IMG/VR virus record: IMGVR_UViG_3300033067_001837
Coordinates: 1 to 64,000 of that record
From: a virus
Lineage: Duplodnaviria > Caudoviricetes
Reading direction: 5' to 3' (one strand)
Length of the DNA: 64,000 bases
Every line of letters starts with the position of its first letter. The first letter of the stretch is position 1. Both the position numbers and the translations under genes were made by a program. The notes under the pieces are model-generated. The model saw only the letters and a list, made by a program, of their open reading frames with translations, was not told the DNA's origin and did no database searches. This document shows, one piece after another, positions 18,239-26,796 of the stretch.

Positions 18239-18492
18239 TACGAAAGGTATTTTTAATGATCGATTCCGAAGAAATGCCCCCAAAAATGTCCACACTCAGT
18301 CAAGCCATGCAGCGCTTATTGAATCCAGAAATAGATCAATCGTTGGTGCGCATTAACGCAGATTTCATCCATCGTTACCCGGAAAAAACCGAGTATATTC
18401 TCAGTCAGATATATGAATTCGGGTATAGAAGCGGAATGGAAGCCACCGGGCAGTTTATCCGGCTGTTAGAGCAGCAGGCGGTGTCAGAATGA
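18232..18492 (+). CDS. Hypothetical protein
   Basis: Coupled to xis by ATGA. Confidence 0.5.
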   Translation: MLIRKVFLMIDSEEMPPKMSTLSQAMQRLLNPEIDQSLVRINADFIHRYPEKTEYILSQIYEFGYRSGMEATGQFIRLLEQQAVSE

Positions 18493-18683
18493 CCACCAAG
18501 CTCTTAACGCTGGATGAGTGGTTAGATGCGCGATTTACCCCCAATGGGCGTCCGACCCGATATACCGTCTATCGCTGGATCAAAAATCGGCGCATTGAGC
18601 CGTTACCGATTCGGTACGGAAGCCAGTTCTATTTCATGGAGAACGCTGAGTATTTTTCAACAGAAGGAAAAACGCATGACTGA
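18489..18683 (+). CDS. xis: Excisionase (lambda Xis-like)
   Basis: LTLDEW...PTRYTVYRWIKNRRIEPLPIRYGSQFYFMENAEY. Confidence 0.75.
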   Translation: MTTKLLTLDEWLDARFTPNGRPTRYTVYRWIKNRRIEPLPIRYGSQFYFMENAEYFSTEGKTHD

Positions 18684-19581
18684 TTTGGTCTTTGAAACTG
18701 ATGATGGCGATTTGGATATTTCGGCTATTTCTGACGCTCTGGCGGCGCTCGGCGACCCGCGCTTCGACCCGCAGCGCTGCTACCTGCCCGCCGACGACGG
18801 ACTCGGCTTCGTGCGCGTTCCCGCCGACCCCGAGTTCGTGATCGGCACGCGGCAAGCAGCGGCGCAGCGGGTCGCCAAAATCATTAACGCCGAGGTGCCC
18901 GACGACGAAATCAACGAGGTGCTCACGCCAACCCCGGAGTTTTACATCGCGCGCTATCCGGTCACCGTCGCCCAGTTCAAAGCCTTCGTCGAAGCGACGC
19001 GGTTCGAGGTCGGCGATGACCGTGCCTTGCGCGACCCGGACCACCGACCCGTGCGTTGGGTCAGTTGGCACGAGGCCCTGGCCTATTGCGACTGGCTGAA
19101 CGATGGCCTCGCCCACTCGCCGGCCTTCGAGGGTAGCGAGATGGCCCGCCGGGTACGCGAAGGTGGCTGGCGGGTTGCCCTGCCCAGCGAACTGGAGTGG
19201 GAGAAGGCGGCGCGGGGCGGGCTGCGGGATGCCGTCTTTCCGTGGGGCGACAAAATCGACCCGAATCGCGCCAATTACGAAGAGACCAGAATCGGCGATA
19301 CCTCAACGGTCGGCTGCTTCCCGGCTAACGGCTACGGTCTATACGACATGATCGGCAACGTCTGGGAGTGGACGCGCAGTCATTATTCAGTTTATCCCTA
19401 CTGTGCGGAGGATGGCCGCGAAAATCTGGCCGCCGGGGACGCCGTCTTCCGGGTCCTGCGCGGCGGCTCGTGGTTCGCTCCCCGCGTTTTCGCGCGCTGC
19501 GCCTACCGCTACTGGGGTCACCCCGACCTCCGCGGCCTCTTCGGTTTTCGGGTGGTGTTGCGTTCGGCCCCTGTTCGTTAG
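18676..19581 (+). CDS. FGE-sulfatase/C-type lectin-fold protein, DGR target-like
   Basis: YPVTVAQF, PVRWVSWHEA, LPSELEWEKAARG, GLYDMIGNVWEW, RVLRGGSW...GFRVV; high GC. Confidence 0.9.
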   Translation: MTDLVFETDDGDLDISAISDALAALGDPRFDPQRCYLPADDGLGFVRVPADPEFVIGTRQAAAQRVAKIINAEVPDDEINEVLTPTPEFYIARYPVTVAQFKAFVEATRFEVGDDRALRDPDHRPVRWVSWHEALAYCDWLNDGLAHSPAFEGSEMARRVREGGWRVALPSELEWEKAARGGLRDAVFPWGDKIDPNRANYEETRIGDTSTVGCFPANGYGLYDMIGNVWEWTRSHYSVYPYCAEDGRENLAAGDAVFRVLRGGSWFAPRVFARCAYRYWGHPDLRGLFGFRVVLRSAPVR

Positions 19582-19660
19582 CTCTGGCCTCGGGGAACTC
19601 TGGCCTCTGGGACTCTGAGTCCCGGCCTCTGGAGGGGGTTCGGGGGAAACTTCCCCCGCC
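19450..19660 (+). other. DGR variable region plus downstream CTCTGG repeats and GC hairpin
   Basis: A-poor NNC/NNT codons between GGSW and GFR; CTCTGG repeats after stop; hairpin CGGGGGA-AACT-TCCCCCG at 19641-19658. Confidence 0.65.
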
Positions 19661-19683
19661 AGAAATTCTCATTTTGGCCCAAA

Positions 19684-19875
19684 ATGTACGTCCAGCGCAA
19701 GTTGGGCTGCGGCGCATACCTGCAAGACCGATTCAAACAGGCGGCGCTTCTGATCAAGGGTGACTGCGACAACTTCTCTGACAAGGTTCAGCAACTGGTT
19801 GAACGCACCCTGCATCTGGAAAATGAAATTGAGCAGATCAGAAGCAAGAAGCATCGCTATCCCTCCCCGCCCTAA
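19684..19875 (+). CDS. Chimeric small ORF (end of insert plus original phage gene tail)
   Basis: Second TCTGAC at 19777-19782 is in frame. Confidence 0.4.
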   Translation: MYVQRKLGCGAYLQDRFKQAALLIKGDCDNFSDKVQQLVERTLHLENEIEQIRSKKHRYPSPP

Positions 19876-19894
19876 AGGACGGGGAGGATGTCAA
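19865..19894 (+). mobile_element. IS200/IS605-type end hairpin remnant
   Basis: CCCCGCCCTAAAGGACGGGGAGGATGTCAA. Confidence 0.65.
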
Positions 19895-19910
19895 TAATCA
19901 TGTGGAGTGG

Positions 19911-22007
19911 ATGATGAGAAAGCTTGCTACGATTGCTAGAATAAACCGTATTTTTCCGCACCCCAATGCAGATAATCTGGAACTGGCGCAAATTCGCGGC
20001 TGGCAGGTCTGCATCAAAAAAGGGGAGTTCCATGAGAAACCTATCGGCTGTCCATCTGGACTTTGCGTTTATGTGGAAATTGACTCGGTTCTCCCGGAAC
20101 GCCCGGAGTTTGAGTTTTTGCGGGAGCGGAAATTCCGTATTAAGACGATCCGGTTACGCGGAGAATTAAGTCAGGGTATTGCGTTTCCGCTGTCGATTCT
20201 TCCAGATGGAACTGAGTGGATTGAAGGTTTGGATGTTACCGAAGCACTCGGCATTACCCTCTATCAACCGCCGATCCCGGCGTGTTTGGGTGGTGATGTT
20301 GTAGGCACGTTCCCATCGTTTATTCCGAAAACCGACTGCGAGCGGATTCAGAATCATCAGTGGATTCTGGAAGAACTGGCGGATATGGAATGGGGAGTGA
20401 CTGAGAAGCTCGACGGCTGCTTTGAACGTAATGCCTATCTTCCATTATGGGACGGAGGAAGTATAACAATGGGTGAAATTGTCTTGCATGGTAAAAGACC
20501 AACCCTAATAGGGATGGACTCAACCGGTAAGTTAATTCCTTGCGAAATTACTGATGTTTTCAGGAACGGTAAAAAAGATAACTGGATAGATGTTTTTTAC
20601 AATCCAGTTCATAAAGCTAATCATGCCGGGAAGTCTGGAAGGATGCGGGTAACAAAAAACCACAAGATATTTTTGTCTTCTGGTAAAGAAGTCTTTGCAG
20701 GTGACTTGAAGATTTCTGATAAATTGATTTCTTACGAGGAATCACCAGACAAAAATTGCCTACATTATATCGAGTCATCCCTTCTAGGGTGTGGCAGTAT
20801 TTGTCCGAAACTTGGAAAGAACAATAAATATCAGGAAAGTCATAAGTCTGATCATGGTGAATTTTGTAATTATATAGAGCAAATACTAGGAGAGTGTTTT
20901 GCCTCACAGCGAACAGTGATTAGTGGGTATGGTACAAATATGACACAGGTTGCATCAAGAACCTATAAGGAGATGGATAGATTAAGATTGAAATGGTATC
21001 CGAATGGAAAAAAGTCACTTCCAGAAAATTTAAACTGGATTGATGATTTTTCATTTGCGAAGCTATATATGGATGATGGCTATATAGCTCATTCGGAACT
21101 TCAAAACGATAGGGCAAACATTGCAACAAATGGATTTACCAAGAGCGAAGTTGAAAGATTAGCGGCTAAACTTGAGGAAATGTATGGTGTTTTAACGAGT
21201 ATCCAAGAGTCAAGGGGGTATTGCTCAATAAGGATAAACTACCGAAAAGGAAGTATTGATAATTTCTGGAACGCTATTGCAAGACATATTCATCCAGTCT
21301 TTAAATATAAGCTTCCAGAAAAGTATCGCTCAACGGAATTCACTCCGTATATATCCTGCAAGAAGGAGAAAAATCCTGTTTATGTTGATGTTACGAGAAT
21401 AAAAGAAATTCCTCCGATAGAAGATAACTTTCCAAGCGGGCGTACTGGGTTTGATTTGGAAACAACAACGCACAATTATATATGCGGCGGGTTGTTAGTT
21501 CATAATTCCAGTTGCACCGTTTGGTGGGAAGACGACGTTCTGCATGTTTGTTCGCGTAATTGGGAGTTAAAACCCGACGACCGCAATGCATTCTGGCAGG
21601 TCGCGAATCGTGAAAATTTGGTAGATAAGCTGTGCGGAATGCCGATTGCTCTGCAAGGTGAATTGTTGGGGCCGAAAATTCAGGGTAACGCTTACAAAAT
21701 TAATAAGCCGACCCTGTTTTTCTTTGATGCTTACGATTTTAAGCAAAATCGCTATCTGGATTTTTTAGAGTTTCGCGAACTCTGTGATCACCTGGATTTA
21801 GAGGTGGTGCCGATGATCGCTTACCGCGCTCGGTTAAAGTCAATAGATACCCTGCTGGCGGAAGCGGACGCCGATAGCCAGTTGCGCAATAGTTGTCCAC
21901 GAGAGGGTCTAGTCTGGAGACCGCTGCATGAACGCTATGATTCGCGGATAGGTCGGGTTGCGTTTAAAGCCATCTCCAATCGGTTCTTGTTGAAGGTTAA
22001 AGATTGA
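19911..22007 (+). CDS. ATP-dependent RNA ligase (DRB0094/Rnl5-like) with intein
   Basis: RKLATI...HPNADNLELA...GWQV, IRLRGELSQG, PKTDCERIQN, TEKLDG/SS, LQGELLGP, REGLV, FKAISNRFL. Confidence 0.9.
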   Translation: MMRKLATIARINRIFPHPNADNLELAQIRGWQVCIKKGEFHEKPIGCPSGLCVYVEIDSVLPERPEFEFLRERKFRIKTIRLRGELSQGIAFPLSILPDGTEWIEGLDVTEALGITLYQPPIPACLGGDVVGTFPSFIPKTDCERIQNHQWILEELADMEWGVTEKLDGCFERNAYLPLWDGGSITMGEIVLHGKRPTLIGMDSTGKLIPCEITDVFRNGKKDNWIDVFYNPVHKANHAGKSGRMRVTKNHKIFLSSGKEVFAGDLKISDKLISYEESPDKNCLHYIESSLLGCGSICPKLGKNNKYQESHKSDHGEFCNYIEQILGECFASQRTVISGYGTNMTQVASRTYKEMDRLRLKWYPNGKKSLPENLNWIDDFSFAKLYMDDGYIAHSELQNDRANIATNGFTKSEVERLAAKLEEMYGVLTSIQESRGYCSIRINYRKGSIDNFWNAIARHIHPVFKYKLPEKYRSTEFTPYISCKKEKNPVYVDVTRIKEIPPIEDNFPSGRTGFDLETTTHNYICGGLLVHNSSCTVWWEDDVLHVCSRNWELKPDDRNAFWQVANRENLVDKLCGMPIALQGELLGPKIQGNAYKINKPTLFFFDAYDFKQNRYLDFLEFRELCDHLDLEVVPMIAYRARLKSIDTLLAEADADSQLRNSCPREGLVWRPLHERYDSRIGRVAFKAISNRFLLKVKD
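20418..21506 (+). mobile_element. Intein (363 aa, LAGLIDADG) in ligase motif I
   Basis: CFERNA..., VTKNHKI, LYMDDG, GFDLETTTHNY...LVHN/S. Confidence 0.9.
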
Positions 22008-22129
22008 TTTTTTACTGTCATTCTACCAATGACCTTGGTAGAATGGTGGGGTTTAATGGGTTATTACAACAGATTGCGATGTTTTTCAAACAAAACAAAC
22101 TCATGACCCTACTTTTTGAGTGCCGCAAG

Positions 22130-22159
22130 CCCCGTCCTTGAGGGCGGGGAGGATGTCAA
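22130..22159 (+). mobile_element. IS200/IS605-type end hairpin remnant
   Basis: CCCCGTCCTTGAGGGCGGGGAGGATGTCAA. Confidence 0.65.
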
Positions 22160-22206
22160 AAATTGGTCACTGCGTTTAAAATCCCTGAACAAAATGGGAG
22201 AATCTG

Positions 22207-22446
22207 ATGAATCTTTACCTACTCACTCAAACCGAGAATCATAGCTACAATACTTACGATTCTTGCGTGGTGGCGGCGAAGAATGGAGAGTCCGCTCGGC
22301 GGATTCGTCCCGACTGCAACAGTTGGGAAAAAGCCGACCATTATTCCGCTTGGGCGTTTAGTCCTGAACAAGTCAAGATCGAACTGTTAGGAACCTCGAA
22401 TAGTTGTGTAGAGAAACTCATCTTGGCTTCATTTAATGCCGGGTAG
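22207..22446 (+). CDS. Hypothetical phage protein
   Basis: GGGAG RBS; YDSCVVAA motif. Confidence 0.65.
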   Translation: MNLYLLTQTENHSYNTYDSCVVAAKNGESARRIRPDCNSWEKADHYSAWAFSPEQVKIELLGTSNSCVEKLILASFNAG

Positions 22447-22482
22447 TGATCAACCGATGATGAGGATTTAGTCGATAAATAG

Positions 22483-22511
22483 TTGCATCCTACTAACTTC
22501 ATTGATAGAAT
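22483..22511 (+). promoter_or_regulatory. Sigma70 promoter with operator
   Basis: TTGCAT-17-TAGAAT; CTACTAA-N5-TTGATAG. Confidence 0.7.
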
Positions 22512-22562
22512 GCGCAGTGCTAGTTCTTTTAAACTACTTTTTTTCTATTGTGAGGAAAAATA

Positions 22563-22946
22563 ATGAGCGATGTGCAAGACGAATTTGGCGTAGATTCCGG
22601 GCGGAAATTCGTGGCGTTGACCAGCCTTGAACGGCTGGCATCACTGCTGATGGAACTGTCTTTTCAGGAGCTTATAGATGCCGAAGCGGCCATTCATGTG
22701 CGGATTAGCGATGTCGCTGCGGAAGAAAAGGATAAGCTGATGAAGAGTGCTGCGATGGTTGCGGCGCATTTTGGCGTTAAGCCTGAAGTCCTTTTTTCGG
22801 CTCCAGCTACCAAGCGGGCTAGTAGAAAAAAGGATACCGTCGTAAAATTCACGCATCCCGATGACCCAAAGAAGACTTGGTCTGGGAAGGGCCGGAAGCC
22901 AGCTTGGGTCAGTGAACTGCCTGAGACACAGTTGGCGGCGGAGTAA
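22563..22946 (+). CDS. hns: H-NS family protein
   Basis: KFTHPDDPKKTWSGKGRKPAWV. Confidence 0.85.
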   Translation: MSDVQDEFGVDSGRKFVALTSLERLASLLMELSFQELIDAEAAIHVRISDVAAEEKDKLMKSAAMVAAHFGVKPEVLFSAPATKRASRKKDTVVKFTHPDDPKKTWSGKGRKPAWVSELPETQLAAE

Positions 22947-22955
22947 GAGGTTTGA

Positions 22956-23043
22956 GGACGGGCTGCAATGACGGCGAATTGCATTCGGCTGTAAACCGAA
23001 GGCCCACCGGGCTAAGTAGGTTCAAATCCTACCTCGTCCACCA
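22956..23043 (+). tRNA. tRNA-Tyr(GUA)
   Basis: Acceptor GGACGGG/CTCGTCC-A-CCA; anticodon arm TTCGG-CTGTAAA-CCGAA; long variable arm; GTAGG-TTCAAAT-CCTAC. Confidence 0.9.
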
Positions 23044-23053
23044 CAGAACAGGC

Positions 23054-23300
23054 GTTGAGTCCCCGCCTTGTGAGTTTGTGACTGTCATCCTTGACAGCCC
23101 CAAATTCGCAAAGACTCAACCAGCCGACTTTAACGAGTAAACGACATTGAATGAAGCGAAAGCGAGATACCTTGGGGTGCTTCATCAGCTCCAAGCTCTA
23201 TCGTCAAAAGCGATGCTGCCCGATGCGGTTGATGGGCGAACGCTGCGACTGAACGACTTCAATGATCTCGGCGAGATGACCTTTACCGTTGATCGAGAGG
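23054..23300 (+). ncRNA. omegaRNA (HEARO-like) scaffold of IscB
   Basis: GTTGAGTC/GACTCAAC-CAGCC stem; ACCTTGGGGTGCTTCATCAGCTCCAAGCTCT; GGCGAGATGA pairing partner; directly 5' of iscB. Confidence 0.8.
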
Positions 23301-23310
23301 GTTTACACCC

Positions 23311-24621
23311 ATGAATTCTGTGTTTGTACTGAGTAGTACCCAAAATCCGTTAATGCCGACCCGTCCGGCGCGGGCGCGAAAACTCTTAACAGCGGGTCGT
23401 GCGGCAGTTTACCGTCTACACCCTTTCACGATCATTCTGAAAGATCGGGCTGATGGTGAAACACAGGATGTCGAGGTGAAAGTTGATCCAGGTAGCAAGA
23501 CGACCGGGATTGCGCTGGTAGGCCACTTTGAACAACAGGGCGCGGTGGTGCTGTGGGGTGCAAACCTGAATCATCGCGGCCAAGCCATAAAGAATAACTT
23601 GGAGTCCCGGAGTTCGCTACGTCGGAGTCGCCGGGGCCGAAAAACTCGTTATCGGAAATCCAGGTTTTTGAATAGAACTCGCAAAGCAGGTCGGCTACCG
23701 CCATCCGTGGAAAGCCGAGTAGGCAATACCGAGTCTGTAATTTACCGATTAGCTTCACGCTGTCCAATTACTGAGGCCAGCGTGGAGATCGTCAAATTCG
23801 ACATGCAAGCGATGGTCAACCCGGAAATCAGTGGAACTGAGTACCAACAGGGTGAGTTAGCCGGATACGAGGTCAGGGAGTATCTCCTGGAGAAATGGCA
23901 CCGCGCCTGCGCTTATTGCGGCGCGAAAGAGGTTCCGCTCCAAGTTGAGCATATTTATCCCAAGGCGCTTGGTGGTAGCAACCGGGTTTCCAATCTGACT
24001 TTGGCGTGTCAACCCTGTAACCAGAAAAAAGGTAGTCGCCTAATTGATGAGTTTATTAAAGACCAACCGGAACTACTTAAACTAATTAAGTCACAAGCAA
24101 AGACACCTTTAAAAGATGCCGCCGCTGTTAATGCTTCTCGATGGGCGCTAGTGAATCGACTTAAGCAGTGGCTACCTGTCGCCACAGGAAGTGGCGGACG
24201 CACCAAGTTCAATCGTACCCGACAAGGTTACAACAAAGATCACTGGATTGACGCCGCTTGTGTTGGCGAAAGTGGCGAACAGGTCACGATTCGGAAGGGG
24301 ATGAAACCCTTGGTTATTACAGCGAAAGGTCGCGGTACGCATCAGGTGGTTCGCACGGACAAGTACGGCTTTCCGCGTGGAAAAGCGGGGCGTATTAAGC
24401 GGGCATTCGGTTTCTCAACCGGCGACATCGTGAATCTTAATCAGCCAAAAGGAAAATATGCGGGAACGTATATTGCTCGACTGACAAGTATTCGAATAAA
24501 AGGTCAGTTCGATATTAAATGGTCGGATGCAAGAATATCCGCAAACCACAAACACTTCACACTCATTCAACGCAACGACGGGTTTGACTATGCAACAACT
24601 GAACGAAAAAACACAACGTAA
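23311..24621 (+). CDS. iscB: IscB RNA-guided endonuclease
   Basis: PLMP, RuvC-I VDPGSKTTG, Arg-rich bridge helix, RuvC-II VEIVKFD, HNH CAYC...EHIYP...N...CQPCN, RuvC-III HWIDA. Confidence 0.95.
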   Translation: MNSVFVLSSTQNPLMPTRPARARKLLTAGRAAVYRLHPFTIILKDRADGETQDVEVKVDPGSKTTGIALVGHFEQQGAVVLWGANLNHRGQAIKNNLESRSSLRRSRRGRKTRYRKSRFLNRTRKAGRLPPSVESRVGNTESVIYRLASRCPITEASVEIVKFDMQAMVNPEISGTEYQQGELAGYEVREYLLEKWHRACAYCGAKEVPLQVEHIYPKALGGSNRVSNLTLACQPCNQKKGSRLIDEFIKDQPELLKLIKSQAKTPLKDAAAVNASRWALVNRLKQWLPVATGSGGRTKFNRTRQGYNKDHWIDAACVGESGEQVTIRKGMKPLVITAKGRGTHQVVRTDKYGFPRGKAGRIKRAFGFSTGDIVNLNQPKGKYAGTYIARLTSIRIKGQFDIKWSDARISANHKHFTLIQRNDGFDYATTERKNTT

Positions 24622-24634
24622 CAAGGGGTAATGT

Positions 24635-25750
24635 TTGAAAATCAAAACCGCTAGAAACAACCTACTCAATCCCATAGCTGCCGTTATTGGTGCCATTCAG
24701 CAGAAACAAACCCTCCCAACTTTAACCGGAGTGCTCATTCAAGCGCGCAGCGACGGCACCGTCTTTACCGGGACAGACCTAGAAATTCAACTCACCGCAA
24801 AGACCGACCTCATTCCCGAAGCGGAAGGTGGCTGGTCCATCCCGGCGAAACGTCTTCATGATATTTTGCGAGTGCTCCCGGATGACGCTGATGTCACGCT
24901 CGCTGTTGAAAAGGACGGTAAAACTACGCTACGGAGTGGGCGGAGTCGGTTCGTGTTGAAGGCCTTGCCCGAATGTGATTATCCTAACCTTCTCGACATT
25001 CCGTATGGTGGGACGATTTCGATTGCGCAAGGTAATTTGAAGAAGGCCATTACTGCAACTGCGTATGCAATGGCCGTGCAGGACGCGCGTTATTATCTGA
25101 ATGGACTCTCACTGGAGTGCTCATCGACTAAGCTCACCGTCTGCGCGACGGATGGGCATCGATTAGCTGTCACTTCCATCAAAAACGCCGAGATTCAGGT
25201 CGATGAAGACCAGTCCATGATTTTGCCGAACAAGAGCATCGGGGCGTTAATGAAGTTGCTGGACGAAGACAGCGAGGAACAGGTGACAGTCCTACTGGGC
25301 AAGAACCACGTTCGGGTCAATAGCGGATCGCTGTTTCTGGTGGCTAAGCTCATTAATGGCGAGTTCCCGAACTACAAGCGGGTTATTCCTCGTGAACCAC
25401 CGAGTAACGTCCTGGTATCGCGAGAGGAACTGTTGGGGTTATTGCGGCGCGTTTCCTTGCTGTTGAACGCAAAATCGAATAACGGATTGGAGATTACGTT
25501 CAACTCCGGATCGCTGAGTGCGCGAGCTACGAATACGGATAACGAAGAGGCTAATGATGAAATCTCTGTTGAGTACAACAATGGTCTGTTTGTCTCCGGT
25601 TACAACTACCGTTATCTTCAAGACGCGGTTCAGGCTATTGATGGGAAATCGTTAAAGTGGTCTTTCTCCGGTCCGTTGAACTCCATTCTGATTGAAGACG
25701 CCGATACGCCTGACGCCGGTTTGCATGTTATCATGCCAATGCGGCTATAG
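24635..25750 (+). CDS. dnaN: DNA polymerase III beta sliding clamp
   Basis: GTDLEI, QDARYYLNG, ATDGHRLA, FPNYKRVIP, VIMPMRL. Confidence 0.95.
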   Translation: MKIKTARNNLLNPIAAVIGAIQQKQTLPTLTGVLIQARSDGTVFTGTDLEIQLTAKTDLIPEAEGGWSIPAKRLHDILRVLPDDADVTLAVEKDGKTTLRSGRSRFVLKALPECDYPNLLDIPYGGTISIAQGNLKKAITATAYAMAVQDARYYLNGLSLECSSTKLTVCATDGHRLAVTSIKNAEIQVDEDQSMILPNKSIGALMKLLDEDSEEQVTVLLGKNHVRVNSGSLFLVAKLINGEFPNYKRVIPREPPSNVLVSREELLGLLRRVSLLLNAKSNNGLEITFNSGSLSARATNTDNEEANDEISVEYNNGLFVSGYNYRYLQDAVQAIDGKSLKWSFSGPLNSILIEDADTPDAGLHVIMPMRL

Positions 25751-25815
25751 TTGATCGCCTATCTCACTCAGATAGGCGAGATAGGCGAGATAGGCTTTTA
25801 CCTGGGGGGTGGATA

Positions 25816-26310
25816 ATGGCGAAAATAACGGCAACCCGTCGTGCGTTGATTCGTACCCGCATTGCGCAATTAGCGAAAAAATACCCGGCGTTCCGTAAAG
25901 GTAAAGAGGTGGTGCCATTAAAAATCGGCATCTATCAGGATTTGCAGAGCCTGGAACCGGGACTGTCTGAAAAAGAACTCAGCGAAATCTTCCTCCATTA
26001 CTGCTGGACTTATTACTATAAATTAGCGCTCACCCAGAAAATCGAACGCTACGACTTATTTATGAATCCAGCAGGAACGGTGGGAGAACCGGCTAAACAG
26101 TATGCTCAGCATCTTTTAGAAACCCGCTATTGTGTGAAGAAGGAAAATAAGCCGAAGGTTTTGCATCCTCCCCAAAAACCACTAGAAATTAAGGTGCAGT
26201 TAAACCCCAACAAATCATCGGTGGTGTCGGTGCAAATCAAGAAACGCACCCCGGTAGAACCTGTTATTGTGCCTGTGGCGCATCGAAAAAAAATGAGGAC
26301 TAAAACGTGA
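25816..26310 (+). CDS. ProQ/FinO-domain RNA chaperone
   Basis: YPAF...PLKIGIYQDL...YKLAL...RYDL...AGTV. Confidence 0.8.
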   Translation: MAKITATRRALIRTRIAQLAKKYPAFRKGKEVVPLKIGIYQDLQSLEPGLSEKELSEIFLHYCWTYYYKLALTQKIERYDLFMNPAGTVGEPAKQYAQHLLETRYCVKKENKPKVLHPPQKPLEIKVQLNPNKSSVVSVQIKKRTPVEPVIVPVAHRKKMRTKT

Positions 26311-26546
26311 ATCGAAATAATAGGAAGAGTTTTTTAATGAATTTTCAGGCGTTTCGCGACTGGTCACTGCTCCACCCTACGGCATACGGTAGTCGAATTA
26401 TGGATGAAATCATGGTCATTGACTGGCCGCAGGGCCATCGGGGGGCGCTGCGAGAGATTGCAGAGATTAAACGGCTGAGTCGGGAAATGGAAAATTTGCA
26501 AAAAATATCGAATTTAGGGGTTGCATCCTACCAAGAGTCTTGTTAG
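26307..26546 (+). CDS. Hypothetical protein
   Basis: GTGA coupling with ProQ-like gene. Confidence 0.5.
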   Translation: MNRNNRKSFLMNFQAFRDWSLLHPTAYGSRIMDEIMVIDWPQGHRGALREIAEIKRLSREMENLQKISNLGVASYQESC

Positions 26547-26549
26547 AAT
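26521..26549 (+). promoter_or_regulatory. Sigma70 promoter with operator for Y-RNA/Ro60 unit
   Basis: TTGCAT-17-TAGAAT; CTACCAA-N5-TTGTTAG. Confidence 0.75.
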
Positions 26550-26555
26550 AGCCTT

Positions 26556-26638
26556 GTCCTGTGGTGAAGAAATCAGTTACTTCGAACTGACCGTTCACTC
26601 TGAATTATAAACTATCTGATTTCGCTAGTTCCCAGGCC
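26556..26638 (+). ncRNA. Y RNA-like 1 (no tRNA module)
   Basis: CCTG/CAGG ends; GAAATCAG/CTGATTTC stem; shares GTGGTGAAGA...GTTACTTCGA with RNA 3. Confidence 0.6.
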
Positions 26639-26639
26639 G

Positions 26640-26796
26640 TAGAAATCGCTTTTGGTAGTGCAGATCACCGTTTCATCGGAAACTTTTTGTCGCAAGTTCA
26701 AATCTTGCTCCTGAATACGTGAATTCAGGGTAGCTCAGTGGCAGAGCAAAAGTGTAAAAACAGCGGTCATCGATTTTTCTCCAAGAGCGATTTCTA
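26640..26796 (+). ncRNA. Y RNA-like 2 (YrlA-type, permuted tRNA module)
   Basis: Terminal stem TAGAAATCGCTTTTGG/CCAAGAGCGATTTCTA; T arm GCAAG-TTCAAAT-CTTGC; closed acceptor CCTGAAT/ATTCAGG; D arm TAGCTCAGTGGCAGAGC. Confidence 0.8.

Noticed and set aside
18526-18675. N-terminal extension of the FGE-sulfatase ORF
   Set aside because: Overlaps xis; ATG 18676 has an RBS
18676-19900. Complete DGR (TR, RT, Avd)
   Set aside because: No AAC-rich second copy of the VR and no RT ORF; YVQRKLGCGAYL at 19687 faintly resembles the RT segment before YxDD but is too short to call
25755-25795. AGATAGGCG x3 as iterons or mini-array
   Set aside because: No spacers; better explained as a hairpin with a duplicated arm
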